A DNA stretch of 64,000 nucleotides from Rubripirellula sp. (GTDB lineage Bacteria; Planctomycetota; Planctomycetia; Pirellulales; Pirellulaceae). The stretch is taken from positions 832,001-896,000 of the forward strand of contig OZ244207.1 of the NCBI GenBank assembly GCA_965216875.1, in the 5' to 3' direction. Positions 10,066-20,177 of the stretch are shown one piece after another. Positions within the stretch are counted from its first letter, which is position 1. Each line of letters begins with the position of its first letter. The position numbers and the translations under genes were made by a program. Under the pieces are notes generated by a model. It saw only the letters and a program-made list of their open reading frames with translations, was not told where the DNA came from and did not search any database.

Positions 10066-11160
10066 ATGATGCGTACCCTCGTTTGCGTCGCGGTCGCTTT
10101 GTATTCGGCTTGCAGTTCGAGCCGGACATCAGCGCATGAATGGCACGATCATTCTCACGCTGGGCACGGACAGGTTAGCGACCATTCATCGGATCGTCCC
10201 GACCCAAATGCGAGTGCCTCAAATGCGGTGCGTTTGGTGACGACACCCGCAAAGTTGGCCAAGCCAGAAATTGCGGCACACTTCGAGCATTTCAAGAATG
10301 TGAAAGTGCGTTGGGACGAGGACACGCTTTATGTTGAATCCAATGGACTTCCAGATCATGGCATGATGGTTGGAATCAAGGCATGGCAACAGCAGGTTCC
10401 GCTGCCACAGCCGTTTACGGGGACGAACAGCTGGAAGATTCCGCTCGCTCCCCGATTGGCTCTCAACCCGATCAACGGAAAGGAGACTTCGTTCCGTGGT
10501 GCGATCGCGGTTGCCGTCAATGGTGTTCCCATCTTCAGCGCACTCAACAACCGCGGTGTCGACGCCTACCTTGCTGGCGAGCTCGACAAGTGGGGCGGCC
10601 ACTGCGGTCGGGGTGACGATTATCACTACCACATCGCCCCGACCCATTTGCAAGAGATCGTCGGAAAGGGCAACCCGATCGCATTCGCACTTGATGGTTT
10701 TCCGATCTATGGATTGACCGAAGCGGACGGAGCACCGGTCGGTAAACTTGATGCGCTCAACGGTCAATTCGATGCTGATGGGAACTACCACTACCACGCG
10801 ACGAAGACTTATCCCTACATCAATGGTGGCGTCCGCGGTGTTGTTGATTTTCGTAACGGCGAAATCGCTTCGCAACCGCGTGATTCACCTGTGCGACCAG
10901 GGCAACCGCCGCTTCGTGGGGCCACGATTACGGACTTTCGTACATCGGGTAAGCAATCGGTCCTCACGTACAAGATCGGTGGCCGCTCGGGTTCAATTAC
11001 CTATGCTCCCGCAGGCAGCAGCGCATATCGGTTTACGTACAAGGAACCAGGCGGACGCACTTGGAGCGAAACGTACCAGCGTCGTCAACGTCCCGATGAC
11101 AGGCGACCCGATAGCAATCGCAGAAACGATCGGCGGCCATCCCCGCCACCGCGGCGATAG
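10066..11160 (+). CDS. YHYH domain protein with His-rich N-terminus
   Basis: Signal peptide; HEWHDHSHAGH; SNGLPDH, AVNGVPI, GHCGRGDDYHYH, ALDGFPIYG, GNYHYH. Confidence 0.9.
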   Translation: MMRTLVCVAVALYSACSSSRTSAHEWHDHSHAGHGQVSDHSSDRPDPNASASNAVRLVTTPAKLAKPEIAAHFEHFKNVKVRWDEDTLYVESNGLPDHGMMVGIKAWQQQVPLPQPFTGTNSWKIPLAPRLALNPINGKETSFRGAIAVAVNGVPIFSALNNRGVDAYLAGELDKWGGHCGRGDDYHYHIAPTHLQEIVGKGNPIAFALDGFPIYGLTEADGAPVGKLDALNGQFDADGNYHYHATKTYPYINGGVRGVVDFRNGEIASQPRDSPVRPGQPPLRGATITDFRTSGKQSVLTYKIGGRSGSITYAPAGSSAYRFTYKEPGGRTWSETYQRRQRPDDRRPDSNRRNDRRPSPPPRR

Positions 11161-11204
11161 GCATTTTCGATTCGTTTTCTTCAGCCTGCAGTTCTGGCTG
11201 GCGT

Positions 11205-12278
11205 TCATTCCACCAACGCTACCGTACGATTCTCGTTCGCACTTTGAATCGCGGTTTCGATGATCTGTTGTCCGATTCTGGCAACGGCCGGATCAAGTGG
11301 TCCTTCGATGGCGAGTCCAGCGTCGAGTCGCGAAAGGGTGTACTCGATTCCGTTTCGTTGGCCGGCGGGAAGTTCATCCACATCGTGCAAGAATCCCTCT
11401 GGGCGATCTTTCGTTTGCACGCGGAGCGTCTTTTCGTAGTCATAGCTGGCGATCGTTCCGGCCGTTCCGCGGACAATGAAGCCGCATTTGGGTTGAGGCT
11501 GGTGAACCCAAGGGTCGGTGAACGTTCCCCAACGCGTTTCGAATTTTGACATTCCGTGCGCGTAGCGTGCGACGGTGATGCTGTGTTCGTCGACTTCGAG
11601 TCCTGGTGAACCAGCGGTGATCGCGGTCACATCGATCGGCTTTTGACCGCCATTGAACCACGTGCCGAGCGTCACTCCGTAACCGAGGTAGTCACGCATG
11701 GAACCTCCACCCGCTTCAAGGCTGTACCACCAACTTGCCTGTTTGTCTTTTTCGGTCGGTTCGAACTCGACCTTTCCGGCACCGTGGTAAAGCGGTCCGC
11801 GATTGCCACCGTGATAATGGACCTCGGTCACTTCACCGATAAGCCCGTCGCTGATCAAACGCCATGTGGTGTAGTAAACCGGGTCCCAACGGGCTGGCCA
11901 GTTGATGATCAGGCTCTTTCCCGTCTTGGCGGCTGCTTCGATCATTCGATCGGCATCGGCAAGTGAGGCTGCAAAGGGCTTTTCCACGAACAGATGGGCA
12001 TCATAGGGCGCGATCCGCTCGACCCATTCGGCATGTTCGCCGGTTGGCGGACAGAGGACGACTAAATCGGGCTGAGTGTTTTCCATACACTCGCGATAGT
12101 CAGTGAAGACGCGCGAGTCTTCGATGCCAAGGTCGTCGATCGCTGGTTGCATCTCCGCACGTTGCTCGTCACAAATGCCAACGATCTCGGCGTTTGGATG
12201 ATCGGCAACGTTGCGAAGCAGATCGCCCATGTGCATGTGCGAGAAATTGATTCCCGCGATTCGCCATCGTTTGCTCAT
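11205..12278 (-). CDS. Gfo/Idh/MocA family oxidoreductase
   Basis: N-terminal Rossmann-like domain, HLFVEKPFA motif, GGGSMRDYLGY. Confidence 0.9.
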   Translation of the reverse strand: MSKRWRIAGINFSHMHMGDLLRNVADHPNAEIVGICDEQRAEMQPAIDDLGIEDSRVFTDYRECMENTQPDLVVLCPPTGEHAEWVERIAPYDAHLFVEKPFAASLADADRMIEAAAKTGKSLIINWPARWDPVYYTTWRLISDGLIGEVTEVHYHGGNRGPLYHGAGKVEFEPTEKDKQASWWYSLEAGGGSMRDYLGYGVTLGTWFNGGQKPIDVTAITAGSPGLEVDEHSITVARYAHGMSKFETRWGTFTDPWVHQPQPKCGFIVRGTAGTIASYDYEKTLRVQTKDRPEGFLHDVDELPAGQRNGIEYTLSRLDAGLAIEGPLDPAVARIGQQIIETAIQSANENRTVALVE

Positions 12279-12331
12279 CGTATTTCCTGTGCTCCCTCAT
12301 GAACACGCAAGTGAGTACGCGGGATCGCACG

Positions 12332-13423
12332 CTACCTGATCACCATGTCGCGTACGCCAGCATTCCACTGGTGGCTGACTACGTTGTTCAATTTGCCGGT
12401 CGGCATGATTTGATAAACCGACAAACGTTCGTCACCCGACTCGCTTACCAACAGCAGAGATGCGGTCGGCGAGAGTGCAATCTTCCACGGGATATCACCC
12501 ACAGAAGTCCTCGCGATTTTGCTCAAGCGTCCGTCTGGTTCGATGCGGAAAGTGTAGACGGCGTCGCGATCGCCGACGAAATCTCGAACGGCAACGAACA
12601 GCAGTTTGCCGTCTGGTGTCACGGCAAGGTCCGACGCGTGCAGGTCCCTTTTGCCTGACTCGTACGGCGAGCGCCGCGTGGTGGTTGTTGCGTGTTGAAG
12701 GTCGGAAAGCTGGCCGTCATCGCTGATCGAATAGACCGAAACTCCAAGTTGTTGCTCGTTGCTGAAGTAGGCGATCGGTAAATTCGGGTGATAGGCGACA
12801 TGTCGAGGACCAAACATCGCGGGCGGCCGTGCATCGTGCGGGCGCAGCGGTTCGATCTTTCCCGAGGCGGCGTCAAAAGAATACTGATAAAGCGCGTTGT
12901 TGAGTTTGACGCAAGGGATATAGACGAAACGATTATCGCGCGTTGTCAAAATACAGTGCGCTTCCTTGTTTGGCGTTTTGACCAAGCAGGTCGCTTTGCC
13001 CGCGACAGTGGAACCGGTGATGCGGTAGGAGGCAATCAAGCCGCCGCCGTAGTTTGCCGTGAGAAGATACCTGCCGCTTCGATCGACCGAGGTGTATCCC
13101 GCCGGATGCTCAAGGTTGGAGGTGGACTTTTCTTGCAGCGTGCCGTCACTGCCGAAGCCGACGACGGCCACCGATGGTTTCTCCTTGCGTCCGCCCGTCA
13201 CGACAATGTCAGTCGACTTTGGACCTGCGGCGATGCCGCCGGGAGCAAACGAGAGTGGCAGCTCACTTTGCGTTTGAATCGAGACTCCGCCCTCGTTCTC
13301 GACGACCTCGAGTCGGACGAGTTTGCGTTGCTTTCCGATTGGGGCCACGACCGAAAATGCTTCTTCGGCAATGGTTGATGTGACCGCGGGTAAGGCAAGC
13401 AGCAGAGCGAGGACTAAACGCAT
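12332..13423 (-). CDS. Exported lactonase (6-phosphogluconolactonase-type 7-bladed beta-propeller)
   Basis: Signal peptide; TANYGGG, EAHCI, GPRHVAYHP, SNEQ, DLAVTPDGKLLFVAVR. Confidence 0.88.
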   Translation of the reverse strand: MRLVLALLLALPAVTSTIAEEAFSVVAPIGKQRKLVRLEVVENEGGVSIQTQSELPLSFAPGGIAAGPKSTDIVVTGGRKEKPSVAVVGFGSDGTLQEKSTSNLEHPAGYTSVDRSGRYLLTANYGGGLIASYRITGSTVAGKATCLVKTPNKEAHCILTTRDNRFVYIPCVKLNNALYQYSFDAASGKIEPLRPHDARPPAMFGPRHVAYHPNLPIAYFSNEQQLGVSVYSISDDGQLSDLQHATTTTRRSPYESGKRDLHASDLAVTPDGKLLFVAVRDFVGDRDAVYTFRIEPDGRLSKIARTSVGDIPWKIALSPTASLLLVSESGDERLSVYQIMPTGKLNNVVSHQWNAGVRDMVIR

Positions 13424-13434
13424 GGCGGGGTGGC

Positions 13435-14931
13435 TTATGGGGTCAGTTTTGACAAAGGGAATGGATGTTCTTCGATCGTTTCACCCGTTTCGCGAATCAA
13501 TCGGAAGGTCGCTGTGGGGTCGGTGGCGCGCATGTCAAACGAAAACTCACCGAACGCAACAAAGTCCCCACCGTCATAGCCAAAGATCTGCTCGGGACAA
13601 TCTTTCACGATACCAGCGGGACCGGAAACACCGCCAAGTGTCGCCGGTTCGAACTCGTGGAATTCAAAGCCGGACGGACGCGGGATGCGAAACGACCTTG
13701 CACCGTGGCGATCGCCACTGACCAGCAACACGCCTCCGATCTTCTCTTGCTCGACGAAGGCAAAGATCTCTTCACGGGCTTGTTTGTCCCAGCTGCCCCA
13801 AGAATCTTTCGCGCGACTCACGTAGTCGCTCCACATCGTCCCGCTGCTGATGATTTTGAAGGGTGCCGTCGATTCTTTGAGAGTCGTCTTTAGCCATTCT
13901 TGTTGCGACTCGCCAAGATAGGACCCGTATTCATTACGTCGCTTCCCATCACGACACGAGCGAGTGTCGAGCATGATGATTTCAACCGGCCCGACACGCG
14001 AGCTGAAATAGATTCCTTCACGATTGTCATTCGCCTCGGGGTTGCTCCAGTTTTCGCGATAGACGTTTCGCACGCCTTCTCGGTCTTTTTTGGAATACCG
14101 GCGCGGGATGCCACTGAGGTCGTTGTCAAAATAGTCGTGGTCGTCCCAGGAAGCGTACAGCGGGACGTTGGACGCCAAATGTCGCCACGCATTGGAGACA
14201 TCACGTAGCTGGTAGTCCGCGCGGTGCATGTTGATTTCGTTGTTGCGATCATCAACGGCGATGTCGCCGAGCAACATCATCGCATGCGGCTGACGCTGCA
14301 CGACTTTCTGGAAAAGATTGGTGTTGTGGACGCCGATCTTGTGACAGCACGATCCAAACGCAATCCGGAAATCCGTTTTGGTATCGGCGGCGGGTGCCGT
14401 GGTGAATTGTCCGGCACTGACCTCGGTACCGGCAATCTTGACGGCGTAGCTGTGACGCGTCGCTGGTTTGAGGTTGGCAATCCGAACTCGTACGGCCTTG
14501 CCAGCGGAAGTTGGTTTGGCGCGGACGACCTGCTGAGAAACCGACACCTCGATCTCCTCGGTGGTTGCCGGCCGCATCCAGAGCGTCACGCCGTCGCTGG
14601 CCAAGTCGCCGAGCATCGGCCCGCTCATCAGCGGAACTTGGTGCTCGGCTGCTGCTTTCACCACTTCAGCATCGGAATAGTCGGCATCCTTGTTGGCGGC
14701 GAAGTGCGCTCGGGCATCAAGGTAGAATTGCCGAAGATTCGATGGTGGCGGACCGAAACTATCAAGCAATTGCGTATCGATCTCGAGCGTGCCTTTGTGA
14801 GCGTCGCGCAGTGAGACCTTGTGCGTCGGCTTCACGAGGTCGCCGAACAGTTGACGTCCGGCGCCGAACATTGCGGCAACGGAAACGATGAACTGTCGGC
14901 GTTTCCATCGCGTCAAAAAGGACTCTTTCAT
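13435..14931 (-). CDS. Alkaline phosphatase D (PhoD) family protein, probable Tat substrate
   Basis: KRRQF signal; GPMLG, FGSC, LGD, WDDHD, LDTR, DSW, SGDRH. Confidence 0.9.
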   Translation of the reverse strand: MKESFLTRWKRRQFIVSVAAMFGAGRQLFGDLVKPTHKVSLRDAHKGTLEIDTQLLDSFGPPPSNLRQFYLDARAHFAANKDADYSDAEVVKAAAEHQVPLMSGPMLGDLASDGVTLWMRPATTEEIEVSVSQQVVRAKPTSAGKAVRVRIANLKPATRHSYAVKIAGTEVSAGQFTTAPAADTKTDFRIAFGSCCHKIGVHNTNLFQKVVQRQPHAMMLLGDIAVDDRNNEINMHRADYQLRDVSNAWRHLASNVPLYASWDDHDYFDNDLSGIPRRYSKKDREGVRNVYRENWSNPEANDNREGIYFSSRVGPVEIIMLDTRSCRDGKRRNEYGSYLGESQQEWLKTTLKESTAPFKIISSGTMWSDYVSRAKDSWGSWDKQAREEIFAFVEQEKIGGVLLVSGDRHGARSFRIPRPSGFEFHEFEPATLGGVSGPAGIVKDCPEQIFGYDGGDFVAFGEFSFDMRATDPTATFRLIRETGETIEEHPFPLSKLTP

Positions 14932-14970
14932 ACGCTTATCCTCCCGTAGGGAAAATGACGCTGCGATGCA

Positions 14971-16788
14971 TCAGTCAAGGGTGATCGATTGCGGCTGGCT
15001 CCCGACGCTCGCCGACTTCGCAACGACGCTGGTCGGCGCGTCACGCCCCGCTTTGACGACGAATGACTTTCCTTTGGGGGCGCCAGGTGTGAAGCTATTG
15101 CCGCTGGCACGAACGGTGTAAAGAACGTCGCCGCTCTCGGAATCGACCAGTTGCACCACGGGGTTGTTGACGTTGAAGGTAAGAGTGCCCAGTTTGCCCC
15201 ACGACGGCGGGTTGTAGTTGTCAAACTGGGAAATTGTTCTTGGCCAACCCGGATACTGTTTGGCATCCTCGGCGGTGATGTCGACGTTTCGAGGCCAGCA
15301 CTCCATTGTGATTTCGCGCGTGTCGCGATTGAGACGAACGACACCGTAACCGGCTGCGCGCGTGTTGAGTAAGTTGCCAGCTGGCATCTTTTCGGGGTTG
15401 GCCGCAGCATAGTTGGTCACTTTGTTGGCGAACCCGTCAAGGTGGTCGCCCGTGTAGGCGGGGGAGCCTGGTTCGCGATTGGCGCCCGCTTCGAGTGGTT
15501 CCCACCATCGAAGGTAAAGGTTTGCGATCGACGGTACACAAAACGACCAGATCGCATCACGATGCTCGTCGATGCCATGATGGAAAATGGTTGCGAGGTG
15601 CTGATCACCCGCGTAGTGAAACGCAAAGCCTTTTCGCAGCGAACGTAGTGCTCGGTTGCGACCTGATTGCGGCCATCCGTTGGAATCCATGTCGGCGTGA
15701 AGTCGGCCGTTTGCCGAGCCGTGAATATGAGCACCGCCACAGAAGATCGTTGCTGAGAGGGCGACCTTCATTTCTGCGTTTTGCCAGTCTTGCGCCCAGC
15801 GATCGATGAACGCGAGTTGGCGTTTGCCAAGCAACACGGCGCCCTCTACATCCACACTGGCGGGATCGTATTCGGGATTGCGAATGTGATCGGGCCGAGG
15901 GCCTTGCTTTGGAACGCGGCCAGCGGGGCCCGTCTTGAATTTGCGGTCTTCAAGCACGGCAAAGTCGATGTTGCCCCAGTTCAAGTTCGTGAAATAGACG
16001 CCGATGTCTTGGCCGATCTTGTGTGGGTCGACCGGATCGGGAAGGTGACTGGTTTGGGCGCGTTCGACTTCTTTGACGTAGGCCCCGGGACGCGAATAGC
16101 CGCCGTCGGCCGCACCACTCAATGTTGAGATCTTGCCGCTTTCGCCCCACAGGTTCGGTTGCCCGGCATCGTGATCGTCGGGCAGACAGACGGTTGGCCG
16201 ATCCTTGATGATTTCGCCAAAGTCACGACCGAACTTCAGCCAGGCCGCGTAATGTTTGAAGTGGTCGTAGACTTGATCGCCGGAGAAGAACAGCACATCA
16301 GCGTCAATCCTTTTGACGTTCTCGATGATGTCTTGTCGTGAAATGTCGCCGCCATGTCGGGCGTTGATCGAGTTGCCCGTGAACCCGGCAACGACGATCT
16401 CGTTCTTGTCGACCGGGTTCTTGCGAACAAGACCTTCGTAGGTTGCTTGTTTTCCGTGTCGCACTCGATAGCGAACCGATTGCGTGTCGTCCCAGTTGTC
16501 CACTCGGAAGGGAGCGGTCCAGCCCGGTTCGATTGCGGTGGTCTCTGCGACTTGGACCCATTTGCCGTCACGTTCGACTTCGAGACGTACGGTTTTCGGA
16601 ACATCACCGGGAATCGGATACAGCTGTGCGGTCAACTTGAGCGTGTTGTCGTGAACCGTGTAAAGCGCAAAGCAGATAATGTCCTTCGCTTCGACTTTGG
16701 GAATGGCGAGGATGTTCCTACGCTGAGCCAAGGCTGGCGCTGCAGACGCGAGTACGAGGCAGACGGCGATGATTTTCGATAGCTTCAT
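14971..16788 (-). CDS. PhoD-like metallophosphoesterase, exported
   Basis: Signal peptide MKLSKII...ALA; GDQVY, PDDHD, EDRKFK, DMDSNGW, GDQH. Confidence 0.82.
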   Translation of the reverse strand: MKLSKIIAVCLVLASAAPALAQRRNILAIPKVEAKDIICFALYTVHDNTLKLTAQLYPIPGDVPKTVRLEVERDGKWVQVAETTAIEPGWTAPFRVDNWDDTQSVRYRVRHGKQATYEGLVRKNPVDKNEIVVAGFTGNSINARHGGDISRQDIIENVKRIDADVLFFSGDQVYDHFKHYAAWLKFGRDFGEIIKDRPTVCLPDDHDAGQPNLWGESGKISTLSGAADGGYSRPGAYVKEVERAQTSHLPDPVDPHKIGQDIGVYFTNLNWGNIDFAVLEDRKFKTGPAGRVPKQGPRPDHIRNPEYDPASVDVEGAVLLGKRQLAFIDRWAQDWQNAEMKVALSATIFCGGAHIHGSANGRLHADMDSNGWPQSGRNRALRSLRKGFAFHYAGDQHLATIFHHGIDEHRDAIWSFCVPSIANLYLRWWEPLEAGANREPGSPAYTGDHLDGFANKVTNYAAANPEKMPAGNLLNTRAAGYGVVRLNRDTREITMECWPRNVDITAEDAKQYPGWPRTISQFDNYNPPSWGKLGTLTFNVNNPVVQLVDSESGDVLYTVRASGNSFTPGAPKGKSFVVKAGRDAPTSVVAKSASVGSQPQSITLD

Positions 16789-16834
16789 CAGGTTTCCTGA
16801 CTGTCGATGTGATCTCATGAAGTGGATGATTGTT

Positions 16835-17749
16835 TTAAGCGGTGCTGGGCATTGCCGAGCCAGCTTCCGCTTCGACAAGATTGGTTTGTGGGAGCGTCTG
16901 GGATTGTTCCTTGGGCGTGCGCCAAAGGAAGAACAGGTAGAGCGGGATCAAGAGGTGTGGGGCGCGAAGCACCGCCTCGTGCAAGTATTGATCCGCGCCG
17001 TAGTAATTCAGCCCCAGCGACATGCCGGCGGCTGGGCGCGCGATTGCCGTCAGCAGTCCCCAACAGGCTGCGTAAATGGCACAGAGTCGGCGGATAATCG
17101 GTATCAGAATTCCTACGCAAACGACCAAGTCGAGCGTGCCCGCAATCCGCAGCAGCGTCACACCCGTTTCATATTCGACGCCCAGGATCACGGACGTCAT
17201 TGCGTAGAAAACCGAGGGGGTTGGCCAAAGGTCGAGCGCGTAGCATCCGTGTCCTGCAAAGGTGGTGATGAATGCGATCGCCGCGGTCACAATCGTCGCG
17301 CGATGCCGGACCCCAAATTGCACAGCAAGTACAAGGACAAGCGGCATGAGAACTTGCCCGCCATGTTCGACCAGCATCGGCAATTGATACTGTGAAGCGA
17401 CGTATTTGGCGTAGCTCAAGATGGCCAGCAGACCGCATCCGCCGACAAGCCCGACCGATTGCAGCCACGATCCTTTCCGGATCGTTAACGTCATGATCGT
17501 GCATGCCAGATAGAGCCACCCCACTCGTCCCAGCCAGCGTTGTACGAATCCGTCGTCGGCGCCCGTGCCAACAAACTCATCCCAGGTGATGCCCATCTGA
17601 GCAGCAAATTCGTAGGTGGCGTCGTGCCAAATCAGGATGCCATAGGGTCCTTCCCAGTACAGATGCACCCACGTCCAGCCGGCGAAGCACAGAAAGGCTC
17701 CGAGCCGGACGAGTAGCAGCAAAAAGCGATCGGAGGGCGACTGATTCAC
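16835..17749 (-). CDS. Polytopic membrane protein (DoxX-like, two-fold internal similarity)
   Basis: About 8 hydrophobic helices; CFAGWTWVH in the first half and TFAGHGCYA in the second; WGLLTAIARP. Confidence 0.7.
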   Translation of the reverse strand: MNQSPSDRFLLLLVRLGAFLCFAGWTWVHLYWEGPYGILIWHDATYEFAAQMGITWDEFVGTGADDGFVQRWLGRVGWLYLACTIMTLTIRKGSWLQSVGLVGGCGLLAILSYAKYVASQYQLPMLVEHGGQVLMPLVLVLAVQFGVRHRATIVTAAIAFITTFAGHGCYALDLWPTPSVFYAMTSVILGVEYETGVTLLRIAGTLDLVVCVGILIPIIRRLCAIYAACWGLLTAIARPAAGMSLGLNYYGADQYLHEAVLRAPHLLIPLYLFFLWRTPKEQSQTLPQTNLVEAEAGSAMPSTA

Positions 17750-17986
17750 GACGAAGCGGGGCGACAGATGGGTGTCGCGGCGGGAAGTTGGCGACGCAAT
17801 TGCATCGACCGTAGTGTGGTGGCAGGTGTCTGCGGACGATTATATTCGATCAACCACGTTCCTGCTGAGGAGGACTTGCTTTTGTCCACTCGCGATTGCC
17901 GCCCGGCCCCGCGATTGCCAGTGAGCCTTGAACCTGGTTGCGCATTGGCAAGGGCCCAAGGCCATTCGGCCAGCGGCTTAGGGGGA

Positions 17987-19069
17987 CTAGACCCTGGTTA
18001 GCTTCGTGACTCGGCCTGTGGCAACCCATTCGGCGACAATGATGTCTCCGTTGTTGTCAAAGCAGGCATCGTGAGGATGGATGAACTTTCCATCGAGCCA
18101 GCGTGATTCGTCGGCTCGGATCGCAAAGGACTTGGATTCTTTGCGGTCGGCTTGAACACGCTGGCGGTCGTCGCCGATTGTCGCAACGGTTTTGTAATCG
18201 GGGCCAAGCAGTGAGACCCGTGCGACCAACTCCGGTACCAGCATCAGCTCGCCATGCGTGTCGATGTTTGCTGGAAGACCAAACCCGTCGATCGTCTTGA
18301 CGTAGTTTTGATCCATGTCAAACAGCTGAAGGGTGTTGTTCGCGCGGTCGGCGACCACAATTGATGGATCGACGCCGTCACGATCATCGACCCAAATGCC
18401 ATGCGGCAGATTGAACTTGCCGTCTCCTTTGCCAACGCCGCCGAAGTGACCAAGCCAGTTGCCGTCGGCGTCGTATTGATGAATGACATAGGCGCCATAA
18501 CCATCGGCAAGCAGAAAATCGCCGTTGGGCAAGAAGGCAAAGTTGGTTGGCATGAATCGGTCACGCCCCCAAACTTTCTTGGGGTTGGTTGCTTCGCCAT
18601 CGGCATAACGCTCGGACTTCATCGGCGCAAACTTTTGCCAGACGACTTCGCCCTCCAATGTCAGCTTGGCGATCGTCTTCAAGTGTTGATAACCGCTGAC
18701 ATAAAGATAAGGTGTCCCGTCTTCGACGCGAATGTCTAAGCCGTGTCCACCACCTTGGAACTGTTGACCGAACGCACGCACGAATCGTCCGTCTGCGTCA
18801 AACACGAAGATCGCAGGATGATCGGCTTTCTTGGCATTGCCCTCGTGGATCACATACAGATTGTTGTCCGGATCAACCGTGACATTGTGAGTGATCTGCC
18901 AATGGTATTTGTCGGGCAATTGGGGCCAGTGGTGCTGGCAACGGAATTGGTACTCACCCGCGTCAATCACATCCTGAGCTGCCGATCGCTTTCCAGTGAT
19001 GATGGCGGGTGCGGCCACCGCGGCGGCTCCAGCGAGAAGGACTTTTCGGCGATTCAGGGAATTGGTCAT
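17987..19069 (-). CDS. NHL-repeat beta-propeller protein (peptidyl-alpha-hydroxyglycine lyase-like), Tat substrate
   Basis: LNRRKVL signal; GGHGL, ADGYG, FNLPHGIWVD, VADRANN, HPHDAC. Confidence 0.85.
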   Translation of the reverse strand: MTNSLNRRKVLLAGAAAVAAPAIITGKRSAAQDVIDAGEYQFRCQHHWPQLPDKYHWQITHNVTVDPDNNLYVIHEGNAKKADHPAIFVFDADGRFVRAFGQQFQGGGHGLDIRVEDGTPYLYVSGYQHLKTIAKLTLEGEVVWQKFAPMKSERYADGEATNPKKVWGRDRFMPTNFAFLPNGDFLLADGYGAYVIHQYDADGNWLGHFGGVGKGDGKFNLPHGIWVDDRDGVDPSIVVADRANNTLQLFDMDQNYVKTIDGFGLPANIDTHGELMLVPELVARVSLLGPDYKTVATIGDDRQRVQADRKESKSFAIRADESRWLDGKFIHPHDACFDNNGDIIVAEWVATGRVTKLTRV

Positions 19070-19143
19070 GATGATTCACAATTGGAGGTGCTTGATGAGA
19101 GCCAGTAGGGCCACAGTCTAGCAGCAATTGGACATGATGATGA

Positions 19144-20046
19144 CTATCGCAACTCGGTCGCGTTGGGCAGCGGACGAGACGGGGTGAAGATAAAGAACGG
19201 CTGTTTCGCCCAAGGAAGTTGGCCCGCAGTCGTGCTCTCAAGTTCGATTTTTCTCGGGGCACTCCAGACCGCGGTGTCCCCACGTCTCAATTCCAGCTCG
19301 TGGTAGTGCCCCGGAGCTGCTGCGAAGACGTACTCCGCTGAATCATCCTCGCGTTGCCTCGCCTCGATCAACAGAAGAATCTCGGCATCGGTGGAGACGG
19401 TTAGGGCAAACACCGCTCCGTCGATGATGCGTTCGTCGGTGGCTTCGTAGCGGACAAGCGGGCGCGGAAGAAGTCGCAATTTCGAAGGTGGTTTGTCAGT
19501 GATGCGAAGGATGCCCGAGAAGCTGCGGGCCAAGGCTCTCATTTGGATCAACCGCTGAGCCTCGGAGCCAAGCGGCGTTGGTGCATCGTCGATTGATTGC
19601 CAAATCAAGCCGGATGCCTCCGGACTCCAAACCACTTCACCTTCAAAGCTGGCCGTTACGGCACCTGGCGCGATCGACAGCATTTCGTGGCGGCACCATG
19701 TCTTGCCGGCGTACTCATAAGTGAATACCGATCCAAGCACGCACGGCCGACCCTTCTGCTGCCAAGCGTAAAGAGCACCATGCAAATCTTCGCGTTCAGG
19801 ATTATCCCACTTCAGGATCGGTCGTGACCGAAGCTCGAGCGGTTTGGAGCCCAACTCCATCACATAAGTTTCGGCAACCTTCTGAAAGTGCCGGTGCAAC
19901 TCCTCGGGCCCATAGTTGTCCTGTGCCACCGACGGCGTCAGTAGGCAAAAGAATGTGACGCCCAAGAACAGAAGTGTGACACCAAACTGCAAACAGGACT
20001 TTCGCGAATTCATCCGGCGCCTCAAACAAACGAGTGGTTGCTGCAT
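19144..20046 (-). CDS. Exported hypothetical protein (planctomycete-type)
   Basis: 300-aa ORF with signal-peptide-like segment and typical composition; RLIQMRALARSF and LRLLPRPLVRY. Confidence 0.75.
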   Translation of the reverse strand: MQQPLVCLRRRMNSRKSCLQFGVTLLFLGVTFFCLLTPSVAQDNYGPEELHRHFQKVAETYVMELGSKPLELRSRPILKWDNPEREDLHGALYAWQQKGRPCVLGSVFTYEYAGKTWCRHEMLSIAPGAVTASFEGEVVWSPEASGLIWQSIDDAPTPLGSEAQRLIQMRALARSFSGILRITDKPPSKLRLLPRPLVRYEATDERIIDGAVFALTVSTDAEILLLIEARQREDDSAEYVFAAAPGHYHELELRRGDTAVWSAPRKIELESTTAGQLPWAKQPFFIFTPSRPLPNATELR

Positions 20047-20095
20047 GAATTAGACATTGTGTCTGAGTGTGGGCGTCGGTGCAAGTGGCAGCCAT

Positions 20096-20171
20096 GTAGC
20101 TACGCTCGCAGAGCGTGGATGTGATACCGGCGACTTTCCGAGAGAGACCACCGTTCGGCGACGGTAGCTAC
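20096..20171. repeat. GTAG-type REP doublet bounded by GTAGCTAC
   Basis: gtagctacgctcgcagagcgtgg...ccaccgttcggcgacggtagctac; each arm forms its own hairpin. Confidence 0.75.
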
Positions 20172-20177
20172 GGCGCG

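Noticed and set aside
17768..18001. 77-aa plus-strand ORF in the gap after the NHL gene
   Set aside because: No motif or RBS support and opposite to the surrounding gene run.
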